Assembly: GCF_900095195.1 (NCBI RefSeq)
Contig: NZ_LT606950.1
Coordinates: 1,027,207 to 1,059,206, forward strand
Length of the DNA: 32,000 bases
Source: Polynucleobacter necessarius
Lineage (GTDB): Bacteria > Pseudomonadota > Gammaproteobacteria > Burkholderiales > Burkholderiaceae
Direction of reading: 5' to 3'
Shown: one piece after another, positions 1 to 8,523 of the stretch
How the letters are laid out: each line of letters starts with the position of its first letter
How positions within the stretch are numbered: position 1 is the first letter of the stretch
Notes under the pieces: generated by a model
Database searches by the model: none
Told to the model about the DNA's origin: nothing
What the model saw: the letters and a program-made list of their open reading frames with translations, nothing else
Translations under genes and position numbers: made by a program

Positions 1-132
1 GATGCAACCATCGAAAAGGCGAATGCATTTGATGGTGCTTCGTATATTGAGGTCATGATTCCAACCTCGGAAAGCCAACCGTTACCAATCGCCATTCAGA
101 ATCAAATCTACAAGAGTAATATTCCTAATTAA
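1..132 (+). CDS. 3' end of a thiamine-diphosphate-dependent 2-keto-acid decarboxylase-like gene (partial; start lies outside the window)
   Basis: Frame 1 is open from the window edge to TAA at 130-132. The tail ...GASYIEVMIPTSESQPLP... resembles the ...LIEVMLP... C-terminal tail of pyruvate/indolepyruvate decarboxylase-family enzymes. Only 43 aa are visible. Confidence 0.35.
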   Translation, partial: DATIEKANAFDGASYIEVMIPTSESQPLPIAIQNQIYKSNIPN

Positions 133-186
133 TTGCGGGTTTATCAAAACAAAAGGTGAGGATTCACCAAAAGAGAAAGCGTTTCA

Positions 187-1870
187 ATGAAGATATTTCC
201 AAAATGGGTTGGCCTAAGCGTAGCACTTGCATCTTTGCAAGTCATGGCAGCAAATTCCAGCGTCTATTTCAATGGCGATATTTTGACAATGGAGGGCAGT
301 AGCCCAAAATATGTCGAAGCTGTTGTTGTGAAAGATGGAAAGATCGCATTTACGGGTAATTTGCAGGATGCGATGGGGCAGGCCGGTACAAATCGCACAC
401 TCCAAGATCTCAAAGGGAAGACCTTATTGCCTGGGTTTATTGATACTTGGGGCCATTTTACATTAATTGCGCAAAATACCTTGGGAGTCAATCTGGCGTA
501 CTTCTCTAATAAGCCGCCTCAAACCACTTAAGAACTTTTTAGTCGTTAAAAAACGAAGCAAGGCCATTTAATGGTTGGATTATTGGCACAATGCCGATGC
601 TTTTCTGAAAGACGGCCCTTTAACGATTGCGCAACTTGATCAAGCCTTTCCGAATGAACCGGTTTTTGTAAACAATATTTCAACATTGACCGGCATCGTC
701 AATACGGCTGGCTTGCGTAAATTAGGAATTACAAAAGCGACTAAAGCAGTGCAGGGAGCCATCCCAGTAGATCCAAAAACCGGCAAGCTTACTGGCGAAT
801 TGATTGGTATGCTAAATGTCAATGCGACAGCAAAAGTATTCGGTAAATACTCGCCCGCTCTAACGCTCGAGACCTTTCGCAAGGCTGAAGAAATCTACAC
901 ATCGTGTGGTTTTACAACTGCGCAAAGTTATGAGACTACAGTAGAAGATATTTGCAATATGCGCCAAGCAGTAGAGCGCAGCATGGTCAATATTGATTTA
1001 ATTGCTTTGCCAACATATCAAGTGGTTGACCAGTTGCTCGATACAAATCCAAATTACCCCTTTGGAATTTATACCAATGGTGATGGCGGTTTTAAGGTGG
1101 CAGGTATTCTGGTGTCAACAGACGGCGCGCCACAATTGCGCTTAGCTGTTTTCAGTAAGCCTTACATTGATACCGCTGGATTTCCGAAAGATTGGCGGGG
1201 GATTGCTTTTATCTCACAAGACATGGTCAATCACTATGCAAAACTGGCTTACCAGAAAAACATTCAATATTTTGGATGCTCCAATGGCGATGCTGGCATC
1301 GATATGACCTTATCCGCCCTCTCAAAAGCGCGGCAGGAGACCGGCATTACCGAAAATCGTCGATCGATCATCGCTCACTCCTTTTTTGTTCGAGATGATC
1401 AGCTGGATCAATAAAAGCTAACAAAGTCATCGCCCAATTCATGATGAACCATATCTGGATGTATGGTGATGTCTACCGTAAGGTTCTGGGTGATGAGCGA
1501 GCAAGCAATATCAATCCGTTGAAATGGGCGCAATCAAAAGATGTCGAGTTTGGAATTCACAATGACACTCTATCAATCTGGCCCAAGCGCCTTATTCACG
1601 ATGTGGACATCTGTTAATCGTAAGACCTATGGAGGCGATACTTTAGGACCGGATCAACGAGTAGATGCTTACACAGCATTGCAAGGCTTTACAACGAAGG
1701 CGGCCTACGAATATAAAGAGGAAGATAAGAAGGGAAGTATTACAACTGGAAAATTAGCGGATTTTGTCGTGCTCGATCGCAACCCCTTGAAAGTCAATCC
1801 AATGGAGATTAAGGACATTCAGGTGCAAGAAACGATTAAGAATGGCAAGTCTCTCCACTCTCGTCCCTAA
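187..1870 (+). pseudogene. Amidohydro_3 (YtcJ-like metal-dependent amidohydrolase), fragmented
   Basis: Three tracked ORFs (187-531, 575-1414, 1541-1870) are colinear parts of one roughly 550-aa amidohydrolase. The N-terminus has a signal peptide plus ...GKTLLPGFIDTWGHF. The C-terminus is ...GSITTGKLADFVVLDRNPLKV...IKNGK. The joins at about 511-600, 1410 and 1565 need frame changes: I can read LKNEARPFNGWIIG and KANKVIAQFMMNHIWMYGDVYRKVLGDERASNINPL in other frames. A stop occurs at 529-531. Confidence 0.8.
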
Positions 1871-2293
1871 TGAAAGATTCTTTAAAACCTGGTTTGAAGT
1901 ATGAGCACCGTTATACGGTGCCGTTTACTAAGACTGTTCCTGGGTTGTATCCAGAGGCTCCCGAGTTTTTAGTCATGCCCGAAGTGTTTGCTACGGGTTT
2001 TATGGTGGGCTTTTTAGAATGGGCTTGCATCAAAGCCATTAATCCACATTTGGATTGGCCGGTCGAGCAAAAGGTGGGCGCCTATATTGATGTGAGTCAT
2101 GAGGCGGCTACACCACCAGGTCTAACGGTCACAGCTCAGGTCTAGCTGATTGCTATCGAGGTAAAAAACTGATTTTTAGGTACAAGCCCACGATGGAGTG
2201 GATGTGATCTCTCGAGGCCGTCATGAGCGCTACATCATTAATAAGAAAAAGTTTGATGAGCGTCTGAGCCAAAAGCGCCACAAATCTGTATAA
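1870..2293 (+). pseudogene. Hotdog-fold thioesterase (fluoroacetyl-CoA-thioesterase-like family), disrupted
   Basis: The start overlaps the upstream stop (TAATG at 1868-1872). The reading ...PPGLTVTAQV stops at TAG 2143-2145. It continues LIAIE / GKKLIFR / VQAHDGVDVISRGRHERYIINKKKFDERLSQKRHKSV* only after two further frame changes, near the A6 run at 2163-2168 and near 2183, and there is an extra TAG in the last frame. Family assignment is from the overall sequence pattern. Confidence 0.65.
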
Positions 2294-3148
2294 GCGTTAT
2301 CGGCAGGTATGCTCTCTATGGGTTGCAGTGAGCGGTCGGCAAAGCGGAGTACTTTCATGCCCTCCATGTCCTCAAACCCACACTTACTACATCCCCATAT
2401 TTTGGCAATCTCTTGATCGGTAGATAAGCCACAGGCATGCATGGTAGACCCCGTTTAATGTCCTTGATCCAAAACCCCGGGCTGCCGCATTGTGGGCATA
2501 AGGATTTTATTTTCTGAATGGGGTCACTCGTCGCCTTACGAATGTTTTCCATTCTGGTTGGGTTAGCAAAGGCACGCAAATCATTTTCCACATAGATCAC
2601 GCCATTTGAAGAGAGTTGTTTTGCCCATTCAAACGCCTTGCGAAGCATTGCTTGATTACAAATTCCCTTGATTGATTTAGGGTGATATTCATCTGTTGGT
2701 TTCATAACCAAATAGTGTGTTGGAAAGAGGGTGGATGCGGCAAACCAGACTAAATCTTCCAAGTGGCTGATGGAAGCGTCATCGTTTTGGGCTGGGGCCC
2801 AGAGAAGCCGGTAATTTCGAGGCCCTGCTGTTCATCTATCAGAATGACTAGCTCATTGTTCCACGCTGTCATTCCAGAGTAAGGGTCACTTACAAAAGCA
2901 CCTTCATTGGCTATTCCTAAGTCCAGGTTTAGCAACTCCATCCCCAGTTTGGCCTTTTTGCGTGCAGCATCTAGTTGTGAGCCATACCTTGCAACGTCGT
3001 TGGTAAAGGTGCCCAAAAGATCTGTATCGTAACCATCTGTATGGACGACATGGCACTGTAGTTCTTCTGTAAACAATGGTCCAATGGTTGCTTCTTTTCC
3101 GTGCTTGGTCAGAAGACTCGCCGAACGATTTGCAAACGTATTCATCAC
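2230..3148 (-). pseudogene. Conserved hypothetical protein (DUF6671-like), split across three frames
   Basis: ORFs 2750-3148, 2355-2762 and 2230-2442 are consecutive and overlapping on the minus strand. They read as one protein: N-terminus ...LLTKHGKEATIGPLF...GTFTNDVARYGSQLDAARKKAKLGME, then ...ENDLRAFANPTRMENIRKA...CPQCGSPGFW, then ...CSKCGFED. Frame changes occur near 2755 and near 2440. The DUF assignment is from memory of the family motif and is unverified. Confidence 0.55.
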
Positions 3149-3169
3149 AAAATCATGGTTTAAAGATCG

Positions 3170-4138
3170 TTATAAGAATTGCTTTGCCAAGATAGTGTAC
3201 AGCGGAATGCCTAGAATGATGTTGAATGGAAAGGTAATCCCGAGTGACATGCCAATATACAGCGCAGGATTGACTTCTGGTAAAGCGTGACGCAAGACAG
3301 CGGGTACCGCAATATAGGATGCGCTCGCCGCAAGAACCATCAATAGAATGGTGTTACCAAGGGGTAGATTAATGACACTGCATAGAAGTAGTGCGAGTAA
3401 GGCGTGCGACAGGGGCGCCGTAATTGCGTAAAGCAATGTGACTGGCGGTTTGCCTTTGAGACCTTTTAGATTCCTGGCTGCCATGAGACCCATATCAAGT
3501 AAGAAGAAGGCTAACATTCCTTTAAATAAATCGATCGAGAATGGCGCCATGAGTTTTTGACCGGCATCTCCGCTGACTAGTGCTACCACCATCGATCCCA
3601 GAAGAAGTAGTTGGGCGCCGTCCGTAAAGGACTCATGCAATATGGTTGAGATGCTGGTAGCTTCGTGCTGGGTATGCGTTTTTTTGGATTGGTAGGCTCG
3701 TGCTTTATTTGCCAAAACGATAGCCAAGATAATAGCGGGCGATTCCATTAACGCCATGGCTGCAGCCATATGTCCGCCGTAGTGAATATCAAATTGATCT
3801 AAGTATTGTGTGGCGGTAATAAAAGTAACTGCGCTGACTGAACCATAAGTCGCGGCGATGGCAGCGGCATCAAATGCATTTAACTTTCTTCTGAGGAGAA
3901 GGTAGCCAATCCAAGGAATGATGACTGCTAAAAAGATAGCCAGCCCCAAGGAGAATCCGATTTCACTTGTAAAGCCGGATTTGTGTAATGCAAATCCACC
4001 CTTGAGTCCAATGGCCATTAATAAGTAAAGTGATAAAAAGCGAGAAATCTGAGGCGGAATTTCCAGATTAGATTTAACGCTGCCAGCGAATACTCCGAAG
4101 ACAAAAAAGAGGATGGCGGGATCTAAAAAATTTGTCAT
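3170..4138 (-). CDS. Sodium-dependent bicarbonate transport family permease (SbtA-like, Sbt_1/DUF897)
   Basis: Intact 322-aa polytopic membrane ORF. The N-terminus MTNFLDPAILFFVFGVFAGSVKSNLEIPPQISRFLSLYLLMAIGLKGGFAL is characteristic of this permease family. Its start overlaps the upstream regulator stop (ATGA at 4135-4138). Confidence 0.75.
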   Translation of the reverse strand: MTNFLDPAILFFVFGVFAGSVKSNLEIPPQISRFLSLYLLMAIGLKGGFALHKSGFTSEIGFSLGLAIFLAVIIPWIGYLLLRRKLNAFDAAAIAATYGSVSAVTFITATQYLDQFDIHYGGHMAAAMALMESPAIILAIVLANKARAYQSKKTHTQHEATSISTILHESFTDGAQLLLLGSMVVALVSGDAGQKLMAPFSIDLFKGMLAFFLLDMGLMAARNLKGLKGKPPVTLLYAITAPLSHALLALLLCSVINLPLGNTILLMVLAASASYIAVPAVLRHALPEVNPALYIGMSLGITFPFNIILGIPLYTILAKQFL

Positions 4139-5043
4139 GATGCTGCTTTAGATTTATTACTTGATTCCTGCTTGATGATTGCTTGCACTAAGGGGTGCTC
4201 AATTTTCTTTTCTGAGCGGATAGCGTAGAAGTATTCGTAAATATCTTCACAACCTCCAAGCAGTTCAATTCCATAGGTTTCTTTGAGATCTTTCTCAATC
4301 AATTTTCCCGCTGGAAAGGCACCCAGGCCGCTTGCAGCAAAGGTTTTGAGAAGGGCGCTATCCCCAAATTCTCCAACGATGTTTGGTGTAATGCCATGTT
4401 TGCTAAACCACTGATCAATTAAGAGGCGAACCGTGGAGTGGGATGTGGGTAGCAAAATCGGTAACTCTTCCAAACACTCTGGAAGAGGCTTTTTCGCCTC
4501 TTGCAAAAAGGGCTTTGGGCAAAACCATGCCATAGACGATCGGGTTAACTCCTCACTGTAGACGTTGAGATTTTTATTATTTGGCGCTGGTCTGTCTGCC
4601 AGCACAACGTCTAAATGATGTAGCGCTAAACCAGCGAGTAGGTCCTCAAATTCTCCTTCGTGAACAACCAACTGAACATCCTGATGTTTGAGAACGGGGT
4701 CTAGAGGTTGTTTGGTAATGAGCTTTGGGAGGCCATTTGAAACGCCAACCGTGATTTTGGTCCGCGGGGATTTGGCAGCATCTCGAACGGCCTCAGGAAG
4801 TTTCTCGCCAATCGAAAACACTTGATCAGCAATTTCCCGTGCCGCGTAGCCAGACCCCGTCAGCGCAATACCTCGACCAGCGGGTTTGAATAGCATGTAG
4901 CCGAGTGATTTCTCGAGTTCATGGACTTGGGCGCTAATGGTTTGAATGGCCATATCGAGGCGTTCAGCCGCCTTGGACATATTGCCCTCTTTTGCCACCA
5001 CCCAAAAATAATACAGATGCCGATAGTTATAGGAGTTCGTCAT
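4135..5043 (-). CDS. nhaR: LysR-family transcriptional regulator, NhaR-like
   Basis: Intact 302 aa. It shows NhaR hallmarks: NYRHLYYFWVVAKEG (E. coli NhaR has NYNHLYYFW) and GEFGDSALLKTFAASG (E. coli has GEFDDAALMKAFGA). The N-terminal wHTH is followed by a LysR substrate-binding domain. Confidence 0.8.
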   Translation of the reverse strand: MTNSYNYRHLYYFWVVAKEGNMSKAAERLDMAIQTISAQVHELEKSLGYMLFKPAGRGIALTGSGYAAREIADQVFSIGEKLPEAVRDAAKSPRTKITVGVSNGLPKLITKQPLDPVLKHQDVQLVVHEGEFEDLLAGLALHHLDVVLADRPAPNNKNLNVYSEELTRSSMAWFCPKPFLQEAKKPLPECLEELPILLPTSHSTVRLLIDQWFSKHGITPNIVGEFGDSALLKTFAASGLGAFPAGKLIEKDLKETYGIELLGGCEDIYEYFYAIRSEKKIEHPLVQAIIKQESSNKSKAAS

Positions 5044-5168
5044 AGTCAGTTTTTTTCGAAATTATTGTCAATATATATCTGCTTTTTCTTAATTTCAAAC
5101 GCCCGCACATTAACCCCATCGGAAACCCTGGCATTTAGGTGCCATACAACATGTAAAAGGTTGATCAA

Positions 5169-5628
5169 TTGGAACTTTTTAGCCCTGAATTCTTTTTGGC
5201 ACTACTGGCAATCATTATGATTGATTTGGTTTTGGCTGGAGATAACGCCATCGTGATTGCGATGGCAGCCCGAAATTTACCTTCTCATTTGCAGAAAAAA
5301 GCAATTGTCTGGGGAGCGGTAGGCGCTATCGCAGTACGTAGCGCAATGACTTTAGCAGTGGTGTACTTACCCAAGATCCCGGGCTTGAATTCTCAAGCTG
5401 GTTGAGCGTTATCCATCGATCACCTATTTAGGTGCTGGTGTATTGGCTTGGACGGCAGCAGAGATGATGACTTCAGAGCCCATGGTGCAAGAGTGGCAAG
5501 TATTCAACAATCCCGTATTTGAATACGCATCCCAGGCCCTAGTCATTATTGGTGTTCTTAGTGGTGGATTTGTAAGAAGTAGGTTGGCTCTTGAAGAGAA
5601 GATTGCGCCAGCTGTAAGCGCTGCCTGA
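5169..5628 (+). pseudogene. TerC-family (YjbE-type) integral membrane protein, fragmented and shortened
   Basis: The N-terminal piece (TTG start) is ELFSPEFFLALLAIIMIDLVLAGDNAIVIAMAARNLP...KAIVWGAVGAIAVRSAMT, a typical TerC motif, ending at a stop at 5403-5405. A C-terminal piece sits in another frame (5443-5628). The total length is well below that of intact family members. Confidence 0.7.
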
Positions 5629-5659
5629 ACAGCAGTCACCTAACTTAGGAGGTAATGTA

Positions 5660-6169
5660 ATGAATAAAGTTCTGATTCCTGTAGATGGTTCAAGCAATGC
5701 CTTGCTAGCTCTGAAACATGCAGTCAATGTTTATGGCAAGGACGCTCATACCGAAATTCATATTTGCAATGTGCAGCCAAAGCTGTACTTCCATATCGGA
5801 AAATATTTCAGCAAGAAAGATATTTATGAATGGCAAGCAGAGCGCGCAAAATGTGCTGCCCAGTCTGCTGTAGAGTTTTTAGAAAGGGCTGGTGTAAATT
5901 TCTCATTTACTTACGTTAGCGGCGATAAGGGAGAGGCCCTGCGAGACGAAGCAGAGCGACTCGGATGCGGTCGGATTGTGATTGGATTCGCAAAGAAAAA
6001 TACTCTTAGCAGATTGTTTGAGAACTCCACCACAGCCAAGTTGTTGGAAATCAGCAATATCCCAGTAGAGGTGGTAACTGGTAAATCCATTCCAACTTTA
6101 GAGCGTTGGGGTACTCCAGCCCTGGGTGCTGGCGCTGCTACAGCACTGGTAGCTGCCGTCATTGATTAA
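5660..6169 (+). CDS. Universal stress protein (UspA family)
   Basis: Intact 169 aa with SD-like taggagg 6-8 nt upstream. MNKVLIPVDGSSNALLALKHA... and ...GCGRIVIGFAKKNTLSRLFENSTTAKLLEISNIPVEVV fit the Usp fold. The Ala/Gly-rich C-terminal tail is unusual. Confidence 0.8.
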   Translation: MNKVLIPVDGSSNALLALKHAVNVYGKDAHTEIHICNVQPKLYFHIGKYFSKKDIYEWQAERAKCAAQSAVEFLERAGVNFSFTYVSGDKGEALRDEAERLGCGRIVIGFAKKNTLSRLFENSTTAKLLEISNIPVEVVTGKSIPTLERWGTPALGAGAATALVAAVID

Positions 6170-6201
6170 CCCACCGTCACTTTTTTGCGGTACTTCCCTT
6201 G

Positions 6202-6226
6202 GCCCTCCTCGCGAGGGCATTTTTTA
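6202..6226 (+). terminator. Rho-independent terminator downstream of uspA
   Basis: GCCCTC-ctcgc-GAGGGC hairpin (6202-6218) followed by a TTTTTT run (about 6220-6225). Confidence 0.6.
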
Positions 6227-6333
6227 TCAATAATTCAGAAAAAAACAGAAATATAGTCAATTAAATTCTGCTTTATTAAGAATATGTAGATTTCTATATT
6301 GAATCTGTAGTGTTTTCATAAGGAGATATAAAT

Positions 6334-6549
6334 GTGGATGTGATCTTGGATTCAAAAGAGTTGCCTGAGCCTGAGTTAAAAGCGTTTACTGAGAATCGAG
6401 TGAAATGCTCTCCAAAGCGTTTATTTTGGCTTGTGCGAAAAATTAAGATTCAATATGCAGCAGTGCCCCATTCAAAAACCCAGTGCAATCAAAGCTGCTC
6501 GATTGAATTGCAGGCCTTTGATCATCAGCTGATTGAAGTCTCAGCATGA
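6334..6549 (+). CDS. Hypothetical small protein (71 aa, GTG start), orphan
   Basis: AGGAG at 6321-6325 lies 8 nt upstream of GTG 6334. The stop overlaps an ATG (ATGA at 6547-6550) that opens a further 40-aa basic ORF (6547-6669). I recognise no family. The ORF lies in an AT-rich spacer. Confidence 0.25.
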   Translation: MDVILDSKELPEPELKAFTENRVKCSPKRLFWLVRKIKIQYAAVPHSKTQCNQSCSIELQAFDHQLIEVSA

Positions 6550-6699
6550 CGGCGCGGGATAAGCGTACCGCTTTAGAGATGTGTTTAAAGAAAGTCTATA
6601 AACATGTTCAGAAGATCTTTCATAAGGCCCAAAAGTATGGACGATTATCAAAGCATGTTTACGTTTAAATTAAAGTACATTTAAGTATGATTTAATAGA

Positions 6700-6805
6700 A
6701 AAATAAACGGGGAGTAGCCCGCCTAGCAATAGGTCTCATATATCGACATTCCGACTGAAAAGTCCGGTATATGGGCAATAATTAGGGGCAAGACCATTTA
6801 CTTTA
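6700..6805 (+). promoter_or_regulatory. yybP-ykoY (manganese) riboswitch-like aptamer
   Basis: Three conserved blocks appear in the correct order and spacing. GGGGAGTAGC (6709-6718) is the 5' L1 signature. An internal loop TCGACATT (6743-6750) is flanked by CATATA/TATATG (compare conserved UUGACAU). TTAGGGGCAAGACC (6782-6795) is the 3' signature (compare UUUAGCAAGACC in the L. lactis element). P1-like pairing is possible between AAATAAAC (about 6701-6708) and ATTTAC(TTT) (6796-6804). An inner hairpin GCCTA-GCAA-TAGGT has a GNRA loop. A downstream hairpin CCATTT...AAATGG (6794-6814) competes with the P1 3' strand. Confidence 0.7.
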
Positions 6806-6923
6806 AGCAAATGGCCAAAAAATATTTTTCCTCCCTTGTTTATCGCGCATGTTTTGGTGCTTTGCTGCCCTAGATTGGGGAGCAATAGTAAGGCGTTGCG
6901 TAAATGCTGAGGATAATTTGTAC

Positions 6924-7380
6924 ATGCGGCACCGAAGTGCATTCCACGGGACATTTTCCGTTTGGTTTTTGCTAGCCTTTATTGGTAGTTTTGGCCCATC
7001 CATGGCCCATGGCCAGGCCGCTTCACAAGATAAAAAATCGTATTCAATTAACGACCTCATTCAGGTTGCTCTAGAATCCAGCCCTCAAGTATTGGCGGCT
7101 CGAGACCAAGCAAAAGCTATCAGAGGTCAACTATCTACTGCTCGAGCAATACCCAATCCAGGTTTGAAGTGGCTATTGGACAGCAGCGTTCAGTAACTGG
7201 ACCATTGACGGTTGGAAATGTCTCATCTTGGTCTGTTACTCAACCTTTAGATATGCCATATACCAACCCGAGAGTGATTGCAGGAGGCACCATGCCTTCT
7301 AGCGCAATCTCGCTAGGGTCGATGTATGGCCGATTAGCTGATGACATTGGACGATTGTACGAGTATGAAACGCTTTTTGC
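6924..7380 (+). pseudogene. TolC/CzcC-family outer membrane efflux protein, N-terminal fragment only
   Basis: A signal peptide MRHRSAFHGTFSVWFLLAFIGSFGPSMAHG is followed by SYSINDLIQVALESSPQVLAARDQAKAIRGQLSTARAIPNP, the typical OMF N-terminus. There is a frameshift near 7170-7196. Similarity runs to ...PRVIAGG...RLYEYETLFAQ and ends about where the convergent queG stop lies (7381-7383). About 150 of an expected 420 aa or so remain. Confidence 0.7.
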
Positions 7381-8481
7381 TCAAACCGCACAACCAAGTG
7401 CCCACGTAATATGCTCTGCCACCAATGAATCTGCGCTCGGCAAACTCTCCTGCAACGCTTTGCGCATGAGCTCTTTGTCTTGATCTGGAACTTTAGTACT
7501 GGCCAACGCATTTCCCATGGCAACTGCAAGATTACGACGCCAACGGTGATAACCAATTCGACGAATCGCACTGCCCTCATGACGCTGTTCAAACTCCGCT
7601 TCAGTCCATGACCATAAATGCAACAGGCTCGCTTGACCGAGACCGTGACGTTGCGCAAAATCCGGCAAATCGGTTCGCTTGGCAAATTTATTCCATGGAC
7701 AAATGAGCTGACAGTCATCGCATCCATAAATACGATTACCCATGGCCGCTCGAAACTCTGTCGGAATAATGTCAGGATTTTCAATTGTTAGATAGGAGAT
7801 GCAGCGCCGCGCATCCAATTGGTATGGGGCTGTAATGGCTTTGGTTGGACACACATCAATGCAGGATTGACAGGTACCGCAATGCTCTTCCTGTGGTGCA
7901 TCGATGGGTAGCGGGATGTCTACCAAAATCTCGCCCAAGAAAAATGTTGAACCTGATTCTCGATTGATTAATAAGGTGTGCCTACCTCGCCAACCCAATC
8001 CTGCCTTTCGCGCGAGTTCAACTTCCATTAATGGGGCAGAGTCTGTAAATACACGATAACCAAAAGGTCCGATTTTTTTCTCAATCTCGGTAGCAAACGC
8101 TTGCATGCGCTGACGAAGCACTTTGTGATAATCGCGCCCTCGCGCATACAGTGATATCACCGCTTGCTCAGGCTCCTCAAGGCGCTGCCATTCGGAATCA
8201 AAGTTAGCATCTGGCGGCAAGTAATTCATCATGACGGATATAACGCGTCCTGATCCAGGAACAAGTAATTGCGGGTTAGACCGCAAATCTGCATGACGCT
8301 GCATGTATTCCATATGTCCATGTCGCCCCTCGGATAACCATGCCTGCAATCGCTCGCTCGCCTGACCAAGCTGCGTATCAGCAATCCGTAGACCGTCAAA
8401 TCCAAATTCCCTAGCTTTTTCAGAGAGCCAAGCGCGTAGCTGGGCCTCATTAACAGTGGTGGAATGGTTTGATAAAGGCAC
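7381..8481 (-). CDS. queG: Epoxyqueuosine reductase (tRNA epoxyqueuosine(34) reductase)
   Basis: Intact 366 aa. It has two ferredoxin-type Cys clusters (CGTCQSCIDVCP ... CDDCQLICPWN) and a C-terminal HEAT-like tail, with overall QueG colinearity. Confidence 0.9.
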   Translation of the reverse strand: MPLSNHSTTVNEAQLRAWLSEKAREFGFDGLRIADTQLGQASERLQAWLSEGRHGHMEYMQRHADLRSNPQLLVPGSGRVISVMMNYLPPDANFDSEWQRLEEPEQAVISLYARGRDYHKVLRQRMQAFATEIEKKIGPFGYRVFTDSAPLMEVELARKAGLGWRGRHTLLINRESGSTFFLGEILVDIPLPIDAPQEEHCGTCQSCIDVCPTKAITAPYQLDARRCISYLTIENPDIIPTEFRAAMGNRIYGCDDCQLICPWNKFAKRTDLPDFAQRHGLGQASLLHLWSWTEAEFEQRHEGSAIRRIGYHRWRRNLAVAMGNALASTKVPDQDKELMRKALQESLPSADSLVAEHITWALGCAV

Positions 8482-8523
8482 ATGAATAGAGAATGTAGCG
8501 CAATAATTGAATAAACTAGAAGA

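Noticed and set aside
5044-5168. A possible second yybP-ykoY riboswitch upstream of the TerC pseudogene, which is a common genomic context for that riboswitch.
   Set aside because: No GGGGAGTAG or CAAGACC signature is present in this spacer. It looks like an ordinary divergent promoter region.
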